Origin: Heterodontus francisci
Taxonomy: Eukaryota
Direction: 5' to 3'
DNA length: 64,000 nucleotides
Assembly: GCF_036365525.1 (NCBI RefSeq)
Contig: NC_090400.1
Span: forward strand, 47,389,138 to 47,453,137
Below are positions 47,113 to 59,100 of the stretch, one piece after another. The position numbers were made by a program, and so were the translations under genes. The notes under the pieces were generated by a model. It was not told the DNA's origin and did no database searches. It saw only the letters and a program-made list of their open reading frames with translations. Numbering within the stretch: the first letter of the stretch is position 1; each line of letters begins with the position of its first letter.

Positions 47113-50100
47113 CTGCTTAAAAGATTAGAATAAAATCACTGTGACTGCTTTAAATTCAACAACTATAGATCACAACCATTGCTCCCAATTTCACAGACAG
47201 CAGGTGCTGGCAATAGTTCTGCTGTAACCATTTACACCTCCTGTGGACCCATCATTTGTTTCTTCACATGTCTCATTACCATCCCCCTTTTGCCTTGCAC
47301 CTCATCCCTTTTTTCCATTTAATCACTCCTGGCCATCACCTTATCACAGACTTTCCCTTTTGTTCTTTCCTTCCACACCACCCTCCCCCCACCAACCTTT
47401 AACCCTGAATCTATACTTGCTTATAATTTGTACATCTGTAATTTCTTCCTTTTCCAACAAAAGATCATCGAACTGAAACGTTAACTGTTTCTCTCCACCA
47501 AAGCTGCCTGAGCTGCTGAACGTTTCCAGCATTTTCCGTTTTTTTTTTCGTTCTGGCATTGCTGGTTAAAACTAAAAGGCAGTAGAACTGTCACAGTGTT
47601 CTATTCCTCCTTCCTTAATCTCCCTCATTAATTTCCACATTACAAATAGGTGCACGGGCCATGGAGTCAGCCATCACGTTTCCTTAACCCGAGCGACCGA
47701 GAACAAATACATTATTTTAACACTTAATTCTGCGTAATTGCAAAGGCTTGAACACAAAATCTAGGCCGACACTCCAGTGCCAGTACTGAGGGAGTGCTAC
47801 ACTGCTGGAGGTGCATCTTTTGGATGAGATGTTTAACCGAGGCACCATCTGCCCTCTTAGATATAAAAGATCCCACGGCAATATTTCAAAAAAGAGCAGG
47901 GGAGTTCTCTCCGGTATCCTGGCCAATATTAACACTCAACCAACCTTACTGAAAAAAAACAGATTATCTGGTCAGGATCTAATTGCCATTTGTGGGATCT
48001 TGCTGTGCGCAAGTTGGTTGCCACGTTTCCTACGTTACAACAGCGATCACACTTTAAAAAGGACTTCATTGGCTGCGAAGCACATCTGGAATACAAATAC
48101 AAGCCTTTCTTTCTTTGCATACTTTAAATACAAAGACTTTAACGTGCCAATATATTCCTCCTTCAAGCACTATGTAATTGCAAGGCCTAAGGGCTTTGTA
48201 AAATATATATTATGTGAATGGAAATCATTGAAAATAGACCAAAAACGTGTCCGTCTGACAGCAAAAGTCAGAGGAATGGCACGGACTACTCTCTCTGCTG
48301 CCGGAGAAGCCTGGAACACTCCAGAAGCTATGGGTATTATGACTTCTTTAAATTAGTTGTTGGCTTTGTGCTTGGATTTGCGACATCTCTAAAAATCTGC
48401 ATCACAGACATGTTTTCAGCCAGCAGCCTTGTTGATACAGGCATCCAGTAACCAGTTCCATTTTTAGTAATGTAACTTTGAACCCAACTTAGAGGAGTTT
48501 TCCGTTGCGGGAAAATGGCAAAGAAAACACTGGGCAAAATGACTTTACAGCACAGAACAAGGCCATTCGGCTTATCAGCTCTTTCCTAGGGTAATTCAAA
48601 ACTATTCCCACTGACACCACTCTCTCTCCATCTTCCTTTGCTTATCACTTCCCTTCATAGATGTAAAGGTCTCTGCCTCTGCCCATGTTCCAACAACTCT
48701 CATTACTTGCTCTCGTCCTCTTGCAATAATACGATTAAATCACTGAGAAAAGGCAGGGGATATTGCTGCTGAACTACTGCAATCTTGCCACAGGATGTCA
48801 TGAGCAGTTATTCAAATGTGATGAATCACTACAAAGCATGGGTGGACTAAGCAGCACCATACTTACTGGGTTCGAGCTGTGATGAAGTTTCTCAAATCTG
48901 AATTTCAAAGTGGTTCTTGGAGAGGTTTTACACTTTGTCATGTCTGTGGAGAAAAGGAAATGAAGTTCAAAAAAATCTACAGACAATCCAGTGCTCAGTG
49001 ATGGGAACAGTCATGACAATAGCAGTGGAACTTTGACTACCTCAGCTTTCTTTTTCAATTGGGAAACACAAGTGAAGGAGTCAAGACTGGACAAACCCTC
49101 AGAGTTGGAAAGAGCAGGAGAGAAGCCAAGATAAATCAAGATGCGGTGGTTAGCTCACTCATCACTGTGGATCCTGAATATACACTAGGTATATCTGTAC
49201 TACATCATTATCTCTTAGAGCTTCACACAATGAATTACCTTTCTGAACAGCAATGACTTTTGTTATGCAAACAAGCAATACAAGGCCGAGTTGTACTATA
49301 TTCCCATATTTAGGCTTCACTAGGGCTCCTCCTCCAGTGCTGTCCGTTATCCCTATTTAAAATACAGACACCAGGGCTGAATTTTAAAAGCAGCTTGGGA
49401 TCGGGATTGGAGAAGGGTAGGCCCGCAATGTCGTGCCACCGGCCATCGTGCTGGTTTGTCATCACAATTCTGACCCCGAGCCATTTTTGGAGAGGCACAG
49501 TCGGGGTCGGAATGGCTACTCCACCACCGCCCCCCCCACCCCCAGAAGTGGTGGATAGCCAATTGAGGGCAATTAGGGCCAAAAGGCCCCGTTCCCACAC
49601 CAACTGTGATTTCCAGTTGGCAACGCGGCCAGGAGACATCGGCCTGGACCAAGGCCAGGCAACCATGGCGGGTTCATATTGGGAAAAGTGGGGTGGGGGG
49701 GGGGGCTGCACTTCATTCCACAAGGGAACCCCCCCCCCCACCCCCGCGCCTGCACCTGTCAAGGCCGCCAGGCCATAGCTGTAGCGGCTGGCTGTCCCGT
49801 GGAGGGGTTGAACCTCCATGATCACGACTAGGCAGCTGAGGCCATTTTAAATTTTTTTTTAAACTGACACCTTCTTCAGAGTGTGCCTCCATGTTGACGC
49901 GCCCTCTCTCTCTCCATCACGAATCAGCAGCTCCCAACTAAGCTGGTGGGGCTGCCATTGGCGGGAGGCGGCCCGCTATCCTTAACTGGATGGCGAGCCC
50001 GCTGCCTGCCATTAATTGGTCTGGCATTTTAAAAATCCGGTTGGCGTGTCTGGAACATGCCATGCGGGGTTGCGACCCAGAACTGGTCCCAACTTCTGGT

Positions 50101-53100
50101 TCCCACCCCAGACTGAAAATCCAACCGCCGGTGTGTGAGTGGGGAGGCTGGAGGATTTTGGACATTCATTCATCAACTCCCTTTTTAAATCACAACTTTT
50201 GGATAGGTGAACAGATCAGGGTGAAATGTGTGGTAAATACTGAACAATAGACCACATTCCATGGTTCCACACACTTTACTCCAGAACAGTGTGCCTTAGG
50301 AGAATACATGAAGCAAGCATTCAGACTGCCGACCTCCCCATTACACCTGTACACTCTCCTTAACATTAGCTTTTCCTGTCGTATGGTTTTATTTATATAG
50401 TCCATGGTTTTATTAAGTGAACCAAAACTACAGCAATCTGATAGATGCTCTTGAGGTTCAGTGACGTTCTTGATTTGTGAAATGTTTCTTTTATTCATTA
50501 CTGGGATATGACAGTCGCTGGCAAGGGTGACATTTATTGCCCAACCCCTAATTACCCTGAGAAGGTGGTGGTGCATTCTTCTGCATTTAGTACAACTGAG
50601 TGGCTTGCAAGACCACTTCAGAGAGTATTCAGAGAATCAACTACATTGATGTGAGACTGGACTCATGTATAGGCCTGACCAGGTAAGGAAAGCAGAATTC
50701 CTTCTCCAAAAGGTCATTAGTGAAGTAACTGGGAGTTTACAATGCAACAGTGTCGTGGTCACTTTTACTGATAACCAGCTTTTATTTCCAGAGCTTTTAA
50801 ATTGAATTCAAATTCTCAAAATGTCATGGTGGGATTTTAACTCACCTTCTCTAGATTATTAGTCCAAGCCTTTGGATTTCGAGTCCAGTAACATAACCAT
50901 TGCATTAAAATTGGTGAAAGCTCTCAATTTCAGTACACACTGTCGCTGCAACAAGTTATTCAGACAGGCTGGGGCCAACACCCAGCTACAGTGTTGGCAG
51001 CTTTGAATGGGAAATATCTAGCTGGTGATTTACGATTTCAAAGCCAATCAAAAGCATAATTCCATTTCTATATTTTTTTCTCTTGTAGACAACAATGTTT
51101 CAACCATCAGGTACATAATTGGGGCAGTCAACCTAGCATCTCAACATAAATCTTAGATCATCTTAAAGTTCAATGCCATCCCACAGCTGCATTCTGCTCC
51201 CGTAACTATTTTCTTATTTGTCGTGGGATGTGGGCATCGCTGGCAAGCCCAGCATTTATTATCGATCCCTAATTGCCCTTGAGAAGGTGGTGGTGAGCCA
51301 CCTTCTTGAACCTCTGCAATCTGTGTGGTATTGCTACACCCACAATGCTGTAAGGTTGGGAGTTCCAGGTTTATGACCCAGCGATGATGAAGGAACGACG
51401 ATATAGTTCCATGTGCCAATAGTGTGTGACTTGGAGGAGAACTTGCACCTGCTGCCCTTGTTTACCGATAGAGGTTTGGGCGCCTTGTCGAGTTGCTGCA
51501 GTGCACCTTCTAGATGGTACACACTGCTGCCACAGTGGCCAGTGTTGGAGAGAGTGAATACTTAATGCAGTGGGTCATCCCTCTCACATCTAGCCGCCAA
51601 ACGCACTTTCCATTGCATCCTTTATTTTACTGGCACTGCTAAGGTCATTGTTTGCCTGAACCTATCCCCTCGGCTTGATCTTCCCAAGTCTCAAACACAA
51701 ATGGGCTGGATTTTTTGCTCTCCCCCGTGGCCAGTTTGGAGGTAGGGAAAAAATTTAATCAGGCGGGATGGTGGTGGGTGGGGACCCCGCCTCTACCCCA
51801 ATTAAGTCCGTGGTGGGAAGGCCCGTGGACAGCCTTCCTAACCCGTCAATTGAGGCCCTTAAGTGGGCAATTAATGCCTAACTAAGGGCCTCTTCCAGCC
51901 GCCGCCGGTATTCGCCCAGCGGAGGGTGGACCTTTCGCCATGCGGGGAGCACAACGAGCAAAATCAGTGTCTGATCGAGGGACCTGGCATCGAGAAGGGG
52001 GGGCCCGCTGAGAGCCAAACCCTGCCCTTGCTGCCAACCCCCCTAAAACCCCCTCACGCGCAACCCCCACCCCGAGAAGCCCCTCCTGCCATCACTCAAC
52101 TGTGGCCTGGGTCTATCGTCACTCCTGAGCCTCGGGAGGGTACATTACCAGCAGCAGCCACCCCCTCCCCAGTGGCGCTGCTGAGTAAAAGAGCTGCCAG
52201 CCTCTAATTGGCCGGCAGCTCCCAGTGGGCAGGACTTCCTTCCCCAGGGTTCCTAATCCCGGGGAAGGCCTGCTACTGCCCAGCTCCCCAATTCCTTATG
52301 TTCCCTCAATCTTCCAAATCCAACAATCTGCAGGTTTAAAAGCCAAGCTAGGCACCAGCTATTTCATACAATCTTGGATTGATACAGCACAGAAGGAGGC
52401 CTTTCAGCCCACCGTGCCCTTGCCGGCTCTTTGAAATAGCTATCTAAATAGTCCCACACCCCTGCCCTTTCCTCATCACCCTGCAAAGCTTCTCCACTTC
52501 AAGTATTTATCCAATTCCCTTTTGAATGTTACCGTTGAATCTGCTTCCCCCACTCTTTCAGGCAGTGCATTCCAGATCATAACAACCTGCTGCATAAAAA
52601 ACAATTAACCTCATTTTACTCTCCTGTTTTAACCCTCGATGGTCCTGCACAATTGGCAGGGCAATTCAGCTAGGTTTCTCAACGAAAGAAAAGCTAGACA
52701 GATGAGACTGTGCAAGACCAGAAGTGCAGACCTGTGGGGCTCTTGCACGAGCTCACTTGATTCGAGCCGCTTTGGTTTTCATTGCTGTAGAGAAAAACAT
52801 CTTGTCGGGAAGGAGATGCTGTGGATGGTTGACTAACCTGTGTGGACAGAAAGAGCTTTTACCAATTTGGAAACTAATATAAAAATGATCAATAATTTAT
52901 ACCCCATGTTACCGTACATTTACACACAGGCCCTGAAATTTGCAGTAATAATAAGTAAGCCAATCAGCGCTCTCTGTTATTACAGAGTACATTTGACAGC
53001 AACTTTAAGCGTCCACACATGCACAGTTAAATGTGGAAATCCAGCAGTTGCTGTCAGAGATTCACTGCTTCTTCACAGGTTGCTCTGTTTGCAGTCCTTG

Positions 53101-56100
53101 CAGATTCAGCACTGAAATCGCTGCAATGGCGTGAACTTAGTATTTAAAATGTTTTTTTTTGTGCTTTTCCACTTGTCTCTTTTATTGCCCCTCCCTAAAT
53201 CCCATCTGTATTTCAAAAACTTTATTTTGCTTCCTATACACGATTTGAATGTAATTTGTATTTCTGTTTTCGACTCTGAGGGCAGGATCATCCCGTGGAG
53301 TTCAGGACCCCGATATTAGGACCAAATGGGGGTCCTGAGCCCACACCTGCTGGGAGCCAGACCGCAGGTGTTATTTTCCCAGAGCCACCCTCCTAATTAG
53401 CCGCATCCGAGCTCGCTGTCCAATTAAGGACGGTGGGTTAGCTCCCAATTACAGGGCTGCCAGCTCTAAAGCCTCAGCAGCCCTGCCAAGGGAGGTGGGC
53501 GCTGCTGAGGCAGGTAGGAGAACGTGAGGGCACCTCAAAATGGAGGAACCCTTGAAGGGCTGAAAATAATTAATTTCCTTTAGAGGGGCCAAGCAGGCAG
53601 GCCCCTCCGATCGGAGGGGGAAACACCTCCGGTGGCAGCGCTTGGGGGATGGAGTCTCGGGCTCTGCCGGGCCCCCGGACTGCCGCAGGGAGGCTGCCTC
53701 TTTTGAGCTGGCGGTCTCTGCACGCGGTGGGCAAAATGCCAGTGAGTGTGAATAATGGGCGAATTGGGGCCTTAAATATACAGATTGGTTGCTCACCGCC
53801 CTTCAGCGGGTAGCTGATTGACATTCCTTCCTGCCCCAGGAAACCTTCTGGCTCCCCCACCCCAGACCTCCAGACCCAGGGCTGGGGATATTCTGCCCCG
53901 AGTGTCTCAGTGAGGATACTTCAATGCGATTGGTTGAAGAGCCTCCCTGTTGTTTGCCCTGCTCACGGATGCCACAGATCCTCTGTAGACAGTGCAGCAC
54001 TGAAACAGACACTGGATTTGTGGAAATCTCCACTGACAAGCCCATGATGAGCATGTGGGCAGTTGTACGGAGAGGAAAATACGAGTCAATATATTATTTT
54101 CCGGGCTTCCCTTCTGATCCTGGCTTCATTCCTCCTCTACATACATGCATTTTCCATTTGGGTATCCTTGGATAGAGGTCTGGAGCAAGGAACTCTGCAT
54201 CATTTTATATTTTGCTGTCTCTAATACAAAGGTACTGAGGCCAATTGTGCTGGACTGTTGCCTTGTTTAAGATTAGTTAACTCAACGCAAGCCAGGAGTA
54301 GAATCTGGGACTTATTTGGCCTGTATGACTCTTATTAACAACCTTTTACTCCATGTGTTCTGGTAAAAGTAACTTGTAGACATCTGGAGTATGCAGGTGA
54401 GCCCAAAAGCTTTGTTACACTGACACCCTGCCAAGGGTAGGTTAACCTCGCCTATCTGTTCGAGCAGCTCTCCCCCTGGCAGAACCTGCATATACTCACT
54501 GTGCTGGTCTCATATTCCTCCAATACTTCATTCTCGCCAGCCGTGCTGCTGAAGCTACTCGTACTTGACGATGAACGGGAGATGTTGCCCTTTCCATTCT
54601 CCTTGAGTTTGTGGTAGGTCCTGGTGAAGAATGATGAGTAATGAGCATGAGAAGCCAGGGCTATGCCACGAGGTACTGCCTCCGTCACTTGGTAAGATAG
54701 CAGGAGACTACCATCAACAGTGGCTACAAATAGGATTTGAGGGCAAGTGTACGATAGGACTGACCAGGTCTCAGAGAGAATGGGGACTGCAAGATGGTGT
54801 ATTAGCATGGTACGTGGCTGGAGCACGAACAGATTGGAAGGACATGGTCTAGCGCCCATGATTCTGGTGCTTGGGGAAGGTATTGAGAGGAAGCAAGCTG
54901 TAAGATTATTAGGTTACTAGAAGTTACTAAACAGAGTACTAATTGTTAAAATACAGCAATTATAAAGAAGACAAGTTCATAAGCAACTTTTGGCCACGTT
55001 TCCTAGTATGATACATGTTGCCAGAAATACAATTTGAAATAATAAGAGTTACTGAAACTGTCGAGACAGGTATGTGCTTGTGCTTCTTCTGGTGTTTAAT
55101 GCTACTGAGGTTACCTGTCTTTGTTGGGGCCCATTTCAGGAGAGCTTGGGTTGGAGGACGTTTCCCATTTGATGTCCGGTGAGATCTGGCCACTCTCAGG
55201 GGTCCTCGACAAACTCGACAGACTTTCACTGCCGAAGAAAAATGAAAGTTAACACATCAGGGTCACCTTTAGAGAATGTGCTAATTATTCTCCTTTTGCA
55301 TTTGTGCCTAAATGTTGTGCTGACTCCACTGACAAACTTCACAGTTCTCCTGTGCCTCCTGGTGCAGTGGAATCAGCCCCATTTATAGCTCAGGGGTAGG
55401 TCCAAACCAATGATATGTTTCACAGTTGCCTAGCTTCAACCACACCAGCATGAGTCCAGTTTTTGCTTTGGCCTATTTCCACCTCCGTAACATTGCTTGC
55501 CTTCACCCTGTTTCAGCTCTTCTGCTGCTGAAACCCTCATTCATGCCTTTGTTACCTCTAGACTTGACTATTCCAATGTGCTCCTGGCTGGGCTCCCACT
55601 TTTGACTCTTGCCAAACTTGAGGTCATCCAAATCTCTCACCAAGTCCCATTCCCCTATCACCCCTGTGCTCCCTGACTTCCATTGGCTCCTGGTCAAGCA
55701 ACGCCTTGATTTTAAAATTCTCATCCTTCCTTTCAAATCCCTCCATGGTCTCAACCTCTCCCTATCTCTGTATAATCTCCTCCAGCCCCACAACCCTCAA
55801 AGATATCTGCTCTCCTCTAATTCTGGCATCTGATGCATCCCTGATTTTAATTGCTCCACCATTGGTGGCCGTGCTTTCAGTTGCCCAAACTCTGGAATAC
55901 CCTACCTAAACCTCTCTGCCTCTGTACCTCACTTTCCTCCTTTCAGACACTCCTTAAAACCTACCTCTTTGACCAAGCTTTTGGTCATCTGACCTAATAT
56001 CTCCTTTTCTGGCTCACTCATACTTTGTTTTATAATGCTCCTGTGAAGCAGCTTGCGACGTTTTATAGTTTTATAAATATATAAATAAATACAAGTTGTT

Positions 56101-59100
56101 GTTGTTGATTGTGAGTTAACCTATAGAAATGCTGCTAGGGTGGGAGGAGGCTCTTGGGAAGCATAAATATCATCATCGACCAGGTGGGCTGAATGGCCAG
56201 TTTCTGTGGTTGAAAAATTCTCTGCATTTCTCTCTAACCTCAGTCTTGCACTAACCACAACCAGTGAGAATTGAACTTTACAAATGGAATTGAGGGGTTC
56301 TGAAGATCACCAGCGTCTAGGAACCCTTTACGTGCAAAGTAGGATAGCTATCACAAAGGAGGAGAGTCTAATTGTGGGAAGGGACGCTGGCTGGAGCTCA
56401 GCAATGTGATCATTCTGCATTCTCTGATCATTAAAACTAACCACACGTCTTTGACAGAGTGAAACGCATTATTTCCAGCACACTCTGAATCTTCCGTTAA
56501 ACCTGTGTATCAACAACAACTTGCATTTATATGGCACCTTTAACCTTATAAAACATCCCAAGGCGCTTTACAGGAAATGTGACACAGAATTGTTACAGCC
56601 ATTCGGCCCATCATGTTTGCACTGGTTGACCGAATGAGTAATTCACCCAATGCCATTCTCCCACCTTCTCCCCATAACCCTGCACTTTCTTCCTTTTCAG
56701 ATAACAGTCACATAAGGAGATATTAGGACGGGTGACCACAAGCTTGGTTAAAGAGGTAGGTTTGAAGGAGCGTCTTAAAGGAGGAGAGGGAGGTGGGGAG
56801 GCGGAGAGGTTTAAAGAGGGAATTCCAGAGCTTAGGGTCTTGTAACCTGAAGGCATGGCAGCTAATGGCGAGGTGAAAGAAATCGAGATGCGCAAGAGCC
56901 GGAGTTGGAGGAGTTCCGAGATCTTGGAAGATTGTTTGACGGGAGGTGGTTACAGATATAGGAATGGGCGAAACCATTAGAGGGATTTGAAAATAAGGAT
57001 GATCATTTTATAACTGGCATTACAGACCAGTACATCAACAAAAGCCCCACGAAAGTCTACTAGTATCTCTGAAACACTGCATTGTGCTGTGCTCTGGTTC
57101 TTTTGCTTATCTTGATTCAACAGCTGGCTGCCTTAATCAGTCATTTTTAGGCAGAATGATCAAACATCCAATTTAATTAAGGTAGATCTACAGCTTAATT
57201 AAACAGCCATTTAACTATAATCATCATCTGTTTTAAAAAAAAGCAGGTCTCTAATATAAATCGCTAAAAATAAATCCTTAATGTGCAGCTAGCAACTGCC
57301 TTTAAAGAGTCAGGACCACTCTTATGGGATTGCAAATTCTCCAGCATTGTCATGTGGGGTTTCCAGGAATTAAAGAGGAAGCTCCTGGACACTGTTGTGA
57401 GCATGGGAGAAAAAAATATAGTGGCATTAAATTAACTGTGTGTATTATTTTCTCATTTTCATTGCTTATTAGTTATGAAAAATACTGGAGTTGGGAAAGA
57501 AGGGCTATTTGACTGGGTGAGCCAGTTGGAGGGGACTGATCATTTGATGAAACCTCCAGGAAAATGTCCAACCAGAGTTGGCAACTTCAGTTCCGAATCA
57601 TCGATATGGTTTGGGTTTATGTACCAAGTACTTCGTCACTAGCTCCTAGTCATAGAATGATACAGTCTTAAAGTCATTATGGCACAGAAGGAGGCTATTC
57701 ATCCCATCGAGTCCCTGCCGGCTCGCTGTAAAGCAATCTGGTCAGCCCCATTCCCCTGCTCGATCCTCATAGCCCTGCAAGTTTTTTCCCTCAATTTCCC
57801 ATCCAATTTCCTTTTGAAATCATTAATCATCTCCACTTTCATCACCCTTGCAGGCAGCAAGTTCCAGGTTATTACCATTCGCTGCGTAAAAACGCTCTTC
57901 CTCACATTCCCCCTGTATCTCTTGCCCAAAATCTTAAATCAGTGTCCCCTAGTCCTTCTACGATCAGCTAATGGGTACAGCGGCACTTTGTTTCTCAACT
58001 GAGAAACCTAGTTAAACATCATAGCACAAGACACAGTAAGCATATATAATCTGTTTTAACATTACTACTGAGGTAGGGTTACCAGCTCTAGTTGGACGGT
58101 GGTGAAGCAGGCTGGGGGTGCCAGTCATTTTAACTTTGGTGTCAAATGGGCAATGTCAGATTGGCCGTCTGTTGCCCAATTTTCTGTTCCATCAACTTCA
58201 AATTTGGGCGAGTCGCATAACGGGCGACTGATCCAACAATGCCCACTTACCGCTCTTGCCAAAAGTTGAAATAACCTCCCGTGGTGGTTTTTAAAATCAG
58301 CACCAAAAAAGCATATGGGCTGCTTGGGTTTATAAATAGAGGAACAGAACATAGAGGCAAAGAGATCATTGCTCGAACTTTATAACTAGACTTAGCTACA
58401 GTGCTGTAAAAATGGTATGGTAATTATCATGGGGGATTTTAATCTACATGTAGATTGGTCGAACCAGCTCAGTCAGGGTAGCCTTGAGGAGGAGTTCGTT
58501 GAGTGTTTCCGTGATAGTTTTCTTGAACAGTATGTAATGGAACCGACGAGGGAGCAAGCTATCCTAGATCTAGTCCTGTGTAATGAGACAGGAATAATTA
58601 ATGACCTCATAGTTAGGGATCCTCTTGGAAGGAGTGATCACAGTATGGTTGAATTTAAAATACAGATGGAGAGTGTGAAGATAAAATCCAATACCAGGGT
58701 CCTGCGCTTGAACAAGGGAGACTACAATAGAATGAAGGAGCACTTGGCTAAAGTAGACTGGAAACAAAGATTTTATGGTGGGACAGTTGACGAGCAGTGG
58801 AGGACTTTCAAAGCAATTTTTCAAAGTGCTCAGCAAAAGTATATTCCAGTGAAAAGGAAGGACTGGAAGAAAAGGGGTAATCTGCCATGGGTGTCTAAGG
58901 AAATAAGGGAGGCTATCAAATTGAAAGAGAAGGCATACAAAGTGGCCAAAAACAGCATGAAACTAGAAGATTGGGAAAACTTTAAAGGTCAACAGAAAGC
59001 CACAAAAAGAGCTATAAAGAAAAGTAAGATAGAAAATGAGAAAAAACTAGCACAGAATATAAAGACTGATAGCAAAAGTTTCTATAAATATATAAAACGA

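Noticed and set aside
49310-50250. Several 60-170 aa GC-rich ORFs on both strands
   Set aside because: They lie inside a MITE; low complexity, no splice context or domain motifs
54452-54859. 135-aa ORF as a standalone gene
   Set aside because: Only 54500-54620 is exon; the rest is intron read-through
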